Source: Chiloscyllium plagiosum
Lineage: Eukaryota
DNA length: 64,000 bases
Assembly (NCBI RefSeq): GCF_004010195.1
Contig: NC_057731.1
Span: forward strand, 43,616,623-43,680,622
Reading direction: 5' to 3'
Position numbers and translations under genes: made by a program. Of the stretch, positions 39,905-53,100 are shown in pieces (within the stretch, counting starts at the first letter, position 1; every line of letters begins with the position of its first letter). The notes beneath the pieces were generated by a model. The model was given only the letters and a program-made list of their open reading frames with translations. It made no database searches and had not been told where the DNA came from.

Positions 39905-42900
39905 GTAAGTACAATTAAAGAGGGGACAGTTTTATTCACTTGTGGAACTTGTTAGTCACTGGCTGGTTTGCATTTATTAGATTAGATTAGATTAGATTAG
40001 ATTCCCTATAGTGTGGAAACGAGCCCACTCTGACCCTCTGAAGAATAACCCACCCAGTCCAATTTCCCTCTAACTAATGCACCTAACACCATGGGCAATT
40101 TAGCATGGCCAGTTCACCTGACCTGAACTGCGCATCTTTGAACTGTGGGTGGAAACTGGAGCACCTGGAGAAAACCTACGCATACATGGGGAGAATGTGC
40201 AAACTCCACGTAGTCACCTGAGGCTGGAATCTGGGATCCTGGTGGTGTGAGCCCCTGTGATGCCCCTTTGTTGCCTGTTCCTAGTTGTCCTGGAGAAGGT
40301 GGTGGTGAGCAGCCTGCTTGAACTGCTATAGTCCTTGGGCTGCAGGTAAACTCTCAATGACATTAGGGAGGGAATTCCAGGATTTTGGGCCAATGACAGT
40401 GAAGGAATGGCAAAATATTTCCAAGTCAGGATGGTGCCACCTGAGGGGAACTTGCAAGTGTGGTATTTCCATCTATTTGCTTGCCCTTTGAGATGAAGTG
40501 GTTATTGGTTTGGAAGGTTCTGTCTAAGGATCTATGGATTACTGCAATACATCTTGTAGATAGCACACGCTGCTGTTGCTGGTGGAAGAGAGGATGTGGT
40601 CCTGATCACACTCCTGACTTCTACCTTGTAGATGTGGACAGGCTTTGGGGAGTCAAGGGTGAATTATTTGTTGCAATATTCTGAGCTCTAAACTGGTCTT
40701 GTAGACACTATATGGCATATCCGATTGAGCTTCTGCTCCATGGTAATCCCAAGAATGATGTTAGTGGGGGATACAGTTATCATAATATCACAATGTCAAG
40801 TTGGGGGTAGTTTGATCATCTCCTATTAGAGATGATTACTGCCTGGCATCTGTGTGGTGCACATTTACTTGTCTTTTGTCAGCTCGAGCTTGGATGTTGT
40901 CCAGATCTTGTTTCATTTGAACACTGACTGCTTCTGTATCTGAGGAGTTGCAAATGGTGCTAAACATTGGCAATTATCGGTGGACTTGCCCACTTCTGAC
41001 CATATGATGGAGGGTGTCATTGATGAAGATGGTTGGGCCTAGGACACTACCCAGTAAAAACCCCCATGGAGATGTCCTGGAGTTGAGATGACTGACCTCC
41101 AACGAATGCAAACATCTTCCTCTGTGCCAGTTATGACTCCAACCAGCAGGGTTGTTCCCTGATACACATTGGTTCCAGTTTTGCCAGGGCTCTGTAGTAC
41201 TACACTTGGTTGAATGCAACCTTGATGTCAAGGGCTGCTGCTCTCTCCTTACCTCTGGACTTCAGTAGTTTTGAACCAAGGCTGTAATGATGTTAGGAGC
41301 TGAGTGACCCTGAGCAGGTTATTGCTGAGTAGGTAATGCTGAAAAGCACTGTTGATTATACTGTCTGTCACTTTTAATGATGATCGAGAGTAGACTGTGG
41401 CAGTAATGTTTGGATTTGATTTGTACCGCTTTTTTGTGTACAGGACATGCTTGGGCAATTTTGTGTTACGTTTTCAGTACTATTGCCGGAATGTTATCGG
41501 GACCCATAGCCTTTGCATTATCCAGTGTCTCTACCTGTTTTTTATTTGATTTATGAAATGGAGTTAATCAAATTGGCCGAAGACTGATATGTGTAATGCT
41601 GGGGTGTACTGGAGGTGACTGAGATGGATTATCTACTGAGCACTTCTGATTGAAGATTGCAGTGAATGCTTTAGCCTTTTTTCACTGATGTATTGGGCTT
41701 CCCCATCATTTGAGGAGGGATATTAGTGGTGCCTCCTTGTCCTGTGAGTTGTTGTTCTCTTGTCCATCACCATTTACAATTAGACTTGACTTAGATCTGA
41801 TCTGTTTGTTAGCTTTGTTGCTTGCTGCTTACATTGTTTGACATGCAAGTTGTCCTATTTTGTAGCCTTACTAGGTGAAAACCTTTGAATGTCTGTCTGG
41901 TACTGCTCAAGGCATGCCCTCCTGCACTCTATTGAACCAGGGTTGATCCTTTGCTTGATTAGTAATTGTGGGGGTTATGCCAGGCCATGAGATTGCAGGT
42001 TCTGCTGCAGTACAATTCTGCCGTTCATGGTCGACAGCACTTCATGGATGCCTCGTCCAGTTGCTAGATCTGTTTCAAGTCTGTCCAATGTAGCACAGTG
42101 ATAGTACACCACCACAATTTGGAAAGTGTTCTGAACATGAAGGCAGGACTTTATCTCCATGGTCTGTGAAATGCTTCTGCAGCTGACAAATTAGCAAGGG
42201 TAAGGTGAAGTGTGTTTTTCCCTCTGGTTCATTCTCTCACCCCTATCGCAGACCCAGTCATGTTCTTTAGCACCTGACCAGCTCAATCTGCAGTGCAGCT
42301 GCCGAGACATTCTTGGCAGTGGACTTTGAAATCCCCCACCTAGAGTACATTTTGTGCCCTTGCCACCCTCCGTACTACCTGGGGTGGGCGGCACAGTGGT
42401 TAGCACTGCTGCCTCACAGCGCCAGAGACCCGGGTTCAATTCCCGCCTCAGGCGACTGACTGTGTGGAGTTTGCACGTTCTCCCCGTGTCTGCGTGGGTT
42501 TCCTCCGGGTGCTCCGGTTTCCTCCCACCATCCAAAGATGTGCAGGGTCAGGTGAATTGGCCATACTAAATTGCCTGTAGTGTTAGGTAAGGGGTAAATG
42601 TAGGGGTATGGGTGGGTTTCGCTTCGGCGGGTCGGTGTGGACTTGTTGGGTCAAAGGGCCTGTTTCCTTACTGTAATCTAATCTAATCTAATCTACCTCC
42701 AGTTGTTATTCAACATGGAGGAGTACTGATTCGTAAGCAAATCGAGGACAGTATGTGATAATCAGCAGGTTTGCTTGCCCATGTTTGACCTTAAGGCCCA
42801 AGACTTCATGAGGTCTGGAGACAATGTTGAGGACTCCTTCCTGACTTTATACTACTGTAATGCTGGTGAACAGGATATATCCAGGGTGGTTGTGGTGATG

Positions 42901-45321
42901 TCTGGGACATCGTCTTTAAGGTATGATTCTGTGAGTATGACTAGCAGGCTATTGCTTGACTAGTCTGAGACAACTCAATTTTGGCAGTAGCCCACCGATG
43001 TTAGTAAGGAGGACTTTACAGGATCAACAAGACTATTTTTACTGTTGTCTTTTCCAGTGTGTAGGTCAATGCCAGGTGTCTGGTTTGATTTCTTGGTCAA
43101 GGCTTCATAGTGATTGATACAACTGAGTGACTTGCTAGGCTGCTTTGGAGGGGAGTTGGTCTGCTATGGCCAGACCCGGTGAGGATTGCAGATTTCCTTC
43201 CCTAAAGGACATTAGTGAGCCAGATGGCTTTTTCCAACAATCAACTATGATTTCATTGTCATCGTTAGCTGCTTAATTCCAGATTGTTTTATTGAATTCA
43301 GATTCCACCATCTGCCATGGCTGGATTTGATCATTAGTGAAGTTTCTGGATTAAGGGCTGATGAAGGGCTTTTGCCCGAAACATCGATTTTCCTGCTCCT
43401 TGGATGCTGCCTGGTGTGCTGTGCTTTTCCAGAACCACTCTAATCTTGTTTCTGGATTAATAATCTCATGATTAATATCAATAAGCATCACCTCCCCATT
43501 AAGGAAAACTGAGGAGCTCTCCTAAAGAAATCTATGATAATGCTGACTTCTGTAAGCCAAGGATGTGATCTGAAAGCAAAACAGGTTGAAGAAATAGAAT
43601 AGGGTCAGCCATGATTTAATTAAATGGCCTTCTCCTGTCTATTAAGTGTGGGTGGAAATGCTTGCTTCTGTGTTCAGCTTTATCCTATTCTTTGTGATAC
43701 CTGGAAATATTTCACAGCCAAATAATGACTTTTGAAATGTTGTCACTGTTGGATTAAATATCCAGTAGAAAGTGCTCCTTTGCTGACTCTCTCCTACGGG
43801 AATTTACATTTCTTCTTGTTTGGTGTGAATTGTCTGGACATTGAGGTTTGGATAAGGCTGATCTGAGCACTGTTATCTCCGTAATGGAACGGACAATCAA
43901 ATCATCCCGAAATGAATCAGCAACCTGAGATTTTTGGAAATTACTACTGGGAGCAGTGATCTGAATGTGGTAGGTGACCTCAGAGTCTGGATAATGAAAC
44001 CATTGGATATACCTGGATTACAGTCTCTCACTAATTGATAAATGCAGCTCAAGAAGGATGCAGTCTGACCAATGATGGTGGTGTCCCTCAGTCCATTAAT
44101 AATTATCCTGTCATTCATACTGTAGGCAGTACTCTTATTGGCCTTACTGTAATTGTGAATCGCTGTAAACTGTCCTCCCAACACTAGTTCCACTCTATTG
44201 TCTGTGAAAACCTTTTTTGAGAATGCGATCAAGTCAGGTTGATTATTGTAATGTAAAACTTCTTGTAGCAATTTGTGCACAGTGAGATTAAGTAAAATGC
44301 AATAGATACATTGCACAAGAGGCTGTTTAGTGATTGGGAAAGAAGATGGGCAGATAGATGATCATGTGGGGGATATGGAAATTTTCACTTCAGGAAGGAA
44401 AGACAAGCAGAATATTTGTTTAAAAAGTGAGTAATTAAGTTTGTGATTCACTTTTAAAAAGAGACCTAAGATGGATTTACAGCAAGCAATTAGGGAGGTT
44501 ACCAGTAAAAGGGGTGTTGGATTATTAAGTGCACAGATGTCTTTTTACAGTTAAACTGAGACCATCTCGTGAATACTGTGCACAATTTTGATGTAAGGGT
44601 GTGGTAAACTTGAGACTGACTGACTGTGATGAAAGTTTACTGATTTCATAAGGTTGTTCTGAGGAGTGATGGAATCAAATTGATATCCACCTTCTGGACT
44701 TTAAAAGACTGAGTGGTGATCTCATTCAACATTTCATTGTTGCAATGTAAATACTGAGAAGCTATTTCCTTTGGCTGTGGTCTCTAATTCCTGAGGTCAT
44801 GCCCATCAGATAAAGGGATCTGCCATCTGGACAGAGATGAAAGGCAATTTCTTCAGAGAATTATACGTCTTTTTTAATTCCGTGCTTTGGATTGCTTCAA
44901 TACTGAGCGTGTTCAGGATCAAGATCAATTAACATTTCCATACTGAGGTGAGGTAGCAGATCAGCCACAATCTTATTGAATGCAATATCAGGTTTAAAGA
45001 ACTGAGGCCGCCTCTTGCTTTTTTTAAACCGCCTCCCAGTATCTATTCTATCTTCCTCTAAGAATTTTATTTTTCATAACGAGAGTACATCATTGTTGTA
45101 AACTGTGGTGAATACAAGTCCATTTCACACTGTTCTCCCTTTGAGTATGATCCCTGTCTGACTAGTATGAACTTTCCTTTTTTAAAGCAGGTTCATTGTT
45201 AACACATGGTCTCTGTTCACAGTATGTCTTAGCAACATACACTGGGATCGCAGCGATTTGTTTATTCTTCAAATTAAGATCAAAAAAGAAGACACCACCA
45301 GCGATCATGGAACAAAAATGA
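39818..45321 (+). CDS. ATP5MK: ATP synthase membrane subunit k (USMG5/DAPIT), 61 aa, two coding exons
   Basis: Spliced translation MAGHDAGSQHQFTGFQKYFNSYTITGRRN-YVLATYTGIAAICLFFKLRSKKKTPPAIMEQK*, with the family motif FTG.KYFNSYT.TGR.N.VLATY. Confidence 0.96.
39976..40250 (-). mobile_element. HE1/V-SINE
   Basis: (TTAGA)5 tail; V-domain on the minus strand. Confidence 0.8.
40255..43110 (-). mobile_element. Long decayed non-LTR retrotransposon
   Basis: RT-like remnant GSVLGPTIF; the same 3' sequence recurs at 53480-53760 and 63180-63945. Confidence 0.6.
42381..42692 (+). mobile_element. Young full-length HE1/V-SINE
   Basis: A-box ggcacagtggttagc, B-box gggttcaattccc, intact V-domain, (CTAAT)n tail, CpGs retained, possible TSD ctacct. 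Confidence 0.92.
43355..43447 (+). mobile_element. Family A mini-element with 13-bp TSD
   Basis: gtttctggattaa at 43342-43354 and 43448-43460; CTGATGA-a-GGGC(tttt)GCCC-GAAAC-ATC. Confidence 0.85.
45223..45321 (+). CDS. ATP5MK: ATP5MK coding exon 2 (TM helix and basic tail)
   Basis: tcacag| acceptor, TGA 45319-45321, donor gtgagg at 45326. Confidence 0.95.
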   Translation, partial: YVLATYTGIAAICLFFKLRSKKKTPPAIMEQK

Positions 45322-45732
45322 TGTGGTGAGGAATTTTTTTGTTTTGTTTTACTCAGTGCTGTCCCTGCCCTCTGTGCATTTGATGGGGAGTATGGAGGAA
45401 GCTTTACTTTGTATCTAACCCTATGCTGGACCTGTCCTGAGGGGGTTTGATGGGGGGCACGATTGAAGGAGCTTCACTTTTAGTTTAAAAGAATAGTATG
45501 CTTTATTCTGCATCTAACGATGTTTGTTACAGACCGTATGGGGAAGTTTTATTTTCGGTCTGGAAAAACAAGCACTTTTTACTGACTCTAATTCCCCTAC
45601 AGAAAACTGTAACTATTATTTCAGAGTAATAGTATGAACATTGGGATATGTTTAGTCAGTGTTATTGACTTAATTGGAATTAGAATTATTTATAAAAATA
45701 TCAATATGAAATTATATTTTGATTCATTTCAG

Positions 45733-45870
45733 ATTCTCCGTAAGACAGTGCTAGTGGAGTTTAAGGACCATTGTGTGGGATCTGGGAGAATGCTTGAAAC
45801 GCCCATAAATCATGTCAGTGATGTTATAAGTTATCAGCCTTCACAAATAAAACTTGTGGGACTCCACAGT
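45733..45870 (+). other. ATP5MK: Putative non-coding terminal exon of ATP5MK with polyA signal
   Basis: catttcag| acceptor at 45732, AATAAA at 45846, followed by GT-rich sequence. Confidence 0.6.
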
Positions 45871-46714
45871 TGCAGTGTTTACTTTTGAGTGAAATGGTTT
45901 TGTGTAGTACTTGTATCTTGGAGCAATGGGATGGCTGACTAGACTCATTCCATGCTCAACCACATTTTGTTTGTTCTTGTTAGCAACTCTAAGTTTGTGT
46001 TTTTTAAATATAATTATAGGTACATTGCACTCCACACCTTTCATTTTCAGGTTAACATTTAACAAAAATAAAAATTTGGTTTCACTAGTTGCCACTGTAA
46101 CAAAAAGCAACTCCCAGTGCAGGCCACTTATTCTTCCTCGAAGCTCTATAGAAAAGTGAGTATTGGCTAATACAGAGCACAACTGCAAGCCAGACTATAC
46201 ACTGGTATTATTCAGCTATTAGCCATGATGAAACATAGCTTTGCTGTTTAAGGGATGCAAAGGTAATAATGTTCAAGGTCAATACTTCAAACTGATGCAA
46301 ATAGCCAGTGACTGAAATTCAACTTTGCATCAGTGTTTTTTTTTAAATAGAAAGCTAGGCTGGGATTTTATTAAATCATGGTAAAGCAGTATATGGCCAC
46401 GTGTTTAATGAGCTCAAGGTTGATTGATGCAGGATTTAGGATGAGCTTGGAGACTGAGACGAAGACATGGACCAGTGCAACTGTACCTATGTAAACCTAC
46501 AGCAGTCTGGGCTGATTCAGAAATACTGGTTTACCTGTTGTTGTATACCAGCACAATGCTCTTCTAGCATTTGACTGGTTAGCTTTCTGCAGAACATCAG
46601 AATCTTACAGTAGATGGTAGCACACTATGCTAGCTGCTGATATTTAAACATAGCCTGACCTGGAGAGCCTTTCTCTTCCCCCTGCTGCAGATAAGCAATA
46701 ATAGATTTCAGTAT

Positions 46715-46720
46715 TTTATT
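46715..46720 (-). terminator. TAF5: Candidate TAF5 polyadenylation signal (alternative at 46367-46372)
   Basis: AATAAA on the minus strand about 225 nt after the stop codon. Confidence 0.4.
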
Positions 46721-46943
46721 GTAAACTTCATTCAGACTTTTTAAAAAAAAAACACCGTTCAATGTAATGCAAAACGTCCCTGCACGGCAATATGTCGTAA
46801 ATGACTATGGGGTGTTACTAAGATTTTGGGTGGGAAGGGAACACAAAACGAGAATTTCACAGATACTGTGAAAATATCTACATCCTCCATCCAATTTAGG
46901 AACGAGGATGGGAAAGGTTGGACTAGACTTGGGGTTTTGCCAA

Positions 46944-47161
46944 TCACTGTGGGTTATATGCCCCTGCAGCCAGTAGTAGGTTACGGCGAGTAAAGTGCAG
47001 GCCAATGACTGGGGTGGATTTGGTCATGTAGGAGCCAAGTAACAGCTCCTGCGAGTTGTCAGGTAAGTTAATATGCCCAGTGGCAGTGCTGAAATCATCT
47101 GTCTCCAGGTCCTCAAATGCTTTGACAGTGTCCCACATTTTCACTGTATTATCCATAGAAC
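46944..47161 (-). CDS. TAF5: TAF5 exon 10
   Basis: tttcag| acceptor; stop TGA ending at 46944. Confidence 0.94.
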
Positions 47162-50100
47162 CTGAAACAACAATTCAGAAGATTCACATCAGCACAGTGG
47201 TGAAGTCATTTGGCAATGCAGAATTGGAGTATTATTAAAAACATATACTCTACCAAAACTACTTCATGCAGTCTGGACAATTCTCACAAAATATGCACAT
47301 AAAAGGAAAATGTTACTGAATAAAAGAACACTGCTGTTGATTGACAAATGGACTAAGATGGAGTATTGCCATAGAGATCACAGCAGTGTGATGATGGCTG
47401 CCAGTTAATTGCTGAACTTAATTTTTAACCTGAAAGATGGTCAAGGTACTACCCTGAGAAATGAACCTGTAAGTATGTGCATGTTGAGTTAAAGCAAACA
47501 TAACGTGCACATGTTCTCTCTTCAAAGGACAGGGTCCTGTGTATTAATATGTTTTGATTGTCAGGGTAATTCCTCACACTCAGGATTATGTAGCAAATAT
47601 TGTCCAATAGGCAAATTACATCTAATTGCAAACTGACCTGATGACGAAGATATTAAGCTTCAACTGCATCCCCATCACCCCACAGTAATGCAGTGGGAAA
47701 TGTTTAACAGAGATAGTTTACAGCTGGGATCTTACTACACTCCTTGCACCACCTGTGTTAGTTCACCGGGAGTACAGTGGAACCTGTCACCAGTGAAGGA
47801 GTAACAACTTCCAAGGGATTTCCCAACTGACATGGTTAGTGACTCCCATGCCCCATAATAGGGGAGAGTTGAGCATATTCAGAATTGATTCCTACATTTG
47901 TTAGACAGGAAATAAAACTGACCCAGGACCCATGTTGACATCGGGGAGACAGGGTCAAGATGTCCAACTGATATAAAGAAACAAAATCAACAACCCTGGC
48001 AGGATAATGAATTGGATAGCTAACAACAAGGTAGAGGACTGATATACTGGTTCTTTGACTATATTAATAAGCCAGGGAATTGGAACTCAAGTCTTGCTGG
48101 ACAAGTTTGGGATTAAAAGTTTGATTTTGAAAATCCCTGAAAAGCTATTCTCTGTTATGAAGGTGTTGAATTATTATAATAACCAACTGGGTCATTCATG
48201 TCCTTTTGGGAAGGATAGCTGTCATCCTTACTGGGTCTGAGCCTACAGGTGATTCTAAGTACCTATGAACAGGTCATGAAACCACCAATAATGGTTGAAT
48301 GAGGATTGTCACTGTCTTCTAAGGTGGTTTGGAGACAGCAGTCAAACAATGCTGGCTATGCCAGCAATGAGAATGATGGATTTTTAAACTCTGCCTTTGA
48401 CCCATTCTCCAAAGACAAATTCTCACCTGAGGCTAGAATCTCCCCATCGCGGCTGAACTTCAGTGCGTAGATTGTGTCGGTGTGACCTTTTAACTCGCCT
48501 ACAAGTAACCCGTGCCCGATATCCCACAGTAGAATCCGGCCATCTGTAGCTCCAGAGGCCAAGTATCTACCATTTGGAGAGAACACCAATGAGTGGATCG
48601 GTCCCTGGGAGAAATACAGAAAAGGAACATTAACAAGGGTGTCTGTTTCAGCAGGCACACGAGAAAGTGTTTGCACACTCACCAACAGCTTCCATGTCAG
48701 CATTTCATACCTTGTGTCCAGTGAGGATTCGAACACAGTTGCCATTTAGAACGTCCCACAGTCGAATGGTCCTGTCTGCAGATCCTGTCACTACATAATT
48801 TGAGTTGGGATGAAATCTCGTGCAGGTGACATCAGAGAGGTGACCAGAGAATATTCGCAGCGGTTGATAATGGTCAGTCACCCAAAGCCTGAGGAACAGA
48901 ATGTCCCAAACTATTAACTAATACAGCTCCATCATACTAACACCCACGGCCGATGTCATTCACATTGTGTCCCCCTAGAGCCAGGAATACAATGCTGCTG
49001 TATTAAAATACATTTATGCAAAGGTCAGTCCTGACTGTCAGAAGTGAATGCAGATGCCTTGGAAGGGCTCAAATACTCATGACTAGACAGACACTCAGCT
49101 AATGAAGAAAGACTCAAGCAACGGAATTGCTTTTCCACTGGGGAAAGATTGAAGGAGCACATGGTCTGTAAATTCTGGAAGATGTGAAGTGAAAATAAAT
49201 AAACAATTGAACCAAAGTAAGGAATTAATGATTGGCGAATACGTGCAAAACAGGCAGAATCCTGCAGCAGGGTTACTGGGTGCTGGATATAGATCAAGCC
49301 TCCCGAGAAGGGAGTTGATGCAGGGTTAATTGGCTCCCATCTTTAAAACAAGCGGGATTGACATCTGCTGATATTCAACAGTTTGGGTAGGTCTGAGGTG
49401 AAGTAGTCAGGCACTGAATTTGGGCAGATGGATTGAATAACTGTCTCATCCCAGACTTTGATCTTGTCCCACATCGTAGTAGACTATTAGTTTATTGGAC
49501 TTCATTCAAAGAACACTATAAATTACATATACAGTTAAAAAGCTTGTTTGAAAACACTGATTCCCTTCACATGTCCACATCAGTAACAATGGGATACTCC
49601 TTCAAAAGTAACAGTGTCGACTTAATATCGCAATCCTGCACGCATTTGCAAACTTGTCATGCCACTTAATCATGACCTTGTACACGCATCATGCCACTTG
49701 ATTGGAATCCTGCACTCACCGCATTGTGACCCTATGCTCACACACACACCATGTCACTCAGTCGTGACTGTGACATTACACTAACTGTGTTCCTCAATTG
49801 TGGCTATTCCAGGAACCATCTTTTTCTTTTCTCTTATAAACCAAATAAATATGGACGTTAGATGGTTAAAAGTACCAGGAAAGTTTCTGTAACTTAAAGA
49901 CCAAGTGGAATTGATTGATGTATGATTCAGTTGCTCAAGATTATTACTTCTAGTAGTGAGGAGGATACTTTACAAAGCACAGTGGCACCAGGAATCCTCA
50001 AATTAAGGAGAAGCTTCCTAAAAGCTGCCTTAATATTTCTTCAGCAATCGTTTGTTAGAGACCTGTCAGGATGTTCAGAGACATCCAGAAGCCTGCAAAC

Positions 50101-53100
50101 AGAGAACATAGTTCTCTCCCTCTCTAAGTGAAAGGGAGATGTGAAGTCTCTGAAAAGAAAGAGTTCCAACGCAAAAGATCTAATCCAGCCAATCAGCAAT
50201 TGAATTGAAGACAATCGCGCTGCAGACAACGTCATGTCACCATCTCACAAAAAGAAAACTCGCCCCACCCTTGTGGTGTGGGCTCAAAATGCAAAATTTG
50301 TATTTTTTCCCCTATTTTTCCATCATTAGTATTTTTGCCAAACTGTCCGTTTCAGTGTCTTATTTGTGAATAACTGCCTGTGTTTGACATTTTGATAGTT
50401 CAGCTCAAGTTGTAAAAGAGCAATTAGTAATCCATTTTTGTATGTCATTTAATAAATAATATGTTTATAATAAATAGGGTTATTGTCCTGTTACTAATGA
50501 AATGTGATGCAGTCTGGCAGACAAATTCATTACTCTCTTAGTTTACTTTGGTGGTTACACATCTGTATCAGATCGTGATATAGTGAAGCTTGATTATTGG
50601 TGCAATTGAGTCATGACAGTCCACACTGGCACTCAATCGTGACTCCACGTTCATACTCACCGTGCCACCCGATCGTGGCCCCCTGAAATGAAGTAGTAGC
50701 CATACGGGGAAAACTGCGTATCCCACACTGGATAGTTATGTCCTTTGTAGCCCACGAGACAGGTGAAGGTTTGCAGACTCCAGAGTCTGACTGTGCCATC
50801 CTCAGAACTGGACAGCAGATAGTTCCTGGACAAGAGAGAGTGCAGAAAAATAATAGATTGTGAGCTTTCCCCCTCTAAAGCAATTATCAGTCAAGAGGAA
50901 AGATCCTCTAAATTACTCTCACACTAGACAATGAACTCTGTAATGGCCACACCTTCACCATCTTGTAAATAGAATTGCTAAAAGAGCACTCACTGTCACA
51001 GTGTAGGGTACAACACCCTCCAGCAAAATAGAAATAGAAAGAGCTGCGGACGTTGTAAATCAGAAACAAAAATAGAACTTGCTCAGAACGCAGGAAGGGT
51101 CACTTGACCTGAAATGTTAACTCCGATTTTTCTCCACCAGACCTGCTGAGTTTTTCCAGCAATTTCTATTTTTGTCTCCAGCAAAATAGACTGGTTAGAG
51201 AAGAGGGATAGGCATTAATGTGCCCAGCCAGCCCAAGATTACAGATACTCAGCTGCATCAAACAGTACCAGTTCCTGACGGTACAGCTGCCTGAATGGAC
51301 ATATGCATACTGCCCTTCACAGTCCATCCAACAGATCCCAAGGCACTGTATTGAAAACGTTCTCCTCTGTGGCACATCAAATTAACAATCATGAAATCAT
51401 AGAAAAATGACAGCACCAAACAGGCCACATGGCCCAGATGAAAACTAAACCACCCAGTGGGATTCCACTTTCCAGCATTTGGCTCATATCCCTGCAGGTT
51501 ACACATTAGAGGTAAATATCCAGATGCTTCTTAAATGAGCCAAGGGTTTCTGTCTCTACTGCTCTTTATGGCAGTGAGTTCCAAACCTTTACTATATAAA
51601 AGGTTACCTAGGCATTAATTTCATTGTCATTTACAGGAGTTGTGTATGTAAAACTGGCTGCCATGCTTCCAATATTACAAGTCATTACAATTAATAAGCA
51701 CTACATTGACTGTGGAGCACATGAACATCCCCACATCACAAAAGGCTTTAAAGAAACAGAGGTTTTTTTTCTGACTAGTGCCAGCCCTGGGTCTGTTAAT
51801 TTACAGTTCTAAAAGAAGCCTTTCCTTACCTGTCAGGACTGAAACTTGTCCCATAAACTGGGCCCCCATGTCCCAGCAGCATTTTAAACTCACAGGCAGT
51901 CTTCTCGTCCATTATTCGCTCCAGCACATCATCGGACTCTTTGTCAATTAAACTGAGATCTAGTGGGGGAAAGACAAAGCAGTTATCGAGCCTGCTGCCT
52001 CTGGATTTACTGTACCCAAAGGCCAACACATCTTCTGTATTTCAGCCATTCTTTGGACAAGACCAGAATCTTCCTGCAGATTTATACATAAGAACCAAAA
52101 TCAATCACAGCATGTCATGAGCAGTCAAGATCCCCAATGACCACCCTCGGCTACAATATTAAACTGGTCATGTGTGCTGAGACCTATGAGGCTGTGAAGC
52201 ACAAATACACTGCAGCTTCCTCAAATTTGTTCAAGATGCACATTTGTAGGAATGGAAGGGGAATTACAGGATGGCAGGAGAAGGATCTACAGTTGCAATC
52301 ACAAGCATCGAGCTTTTGATTTCAGTGCTGACACTGAGGCTACTGGCATTTCATCAACAGCACTATAGCCACTACCAACATTAAAACACTTCAGCCCATT
52401 AATTGGGCCATAAGCCCTTTCATTTGCTGCACTCCACTAGCTTCTTTTGCTGCTCACGGAGCAATGCTGAATTCTAGGTTAGTTGGTTATTGTAATGACA
52501 ACTTATTTCACGTGCAGTTCAGATGACAATTGTTGCACTGCCGTAAAGGTCAAGGGAATCTATTCCAAATGAGGTCACCCATTGGGTAACTGGACATATA
52601 CCCAAAGGAAACTAACTTGCAAGGTTACTGGGAAACAGACAGAGTGTGAAACTAAACTGAAAAGCTCTTCAAGAGTGGCCACAGTGCCGATGGGCCGAAC
52701 AGCTTCCTTTCATTCTGCAAGATTCTATTCCAAACAGCCTGAAAGTGAAAGCACTGAGGCTGACAAGGCAAGAGGGCTGTAAAGTTCTATAGGAGACTGG
52801 TTTAACAAAATGTCTGATTCCCTAAATTCCCTTTGCTGTCTACACCCAACACTGAAGACTTTATTTGCCTGAGGTTAGTGGGGGTAGAGCCCTAATGAGA
52901 AGGCTGCTGGCTGATTTTACCTGTAGCCCCTTTGACACTGCGCAACTTCTTGGGCGTGACACTCCATACTCTGACAGTGGAATCAGCAAAACCTCCTGCT
53001 ATCAGACTAGAATCATCTGTGAAGTCAACTGCAGTGAGTCCCTGTGCCGGTACAGGAAAGGGAGATTATAAATTAGAAAACAGATATAACAGGACAGACA

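Noticed and set aside
42385-42450. tRNA-like sequence
   Set aside because: It is the A/B-box head of an HE1 SINE followed by the V-domain, not a tRNA gene.
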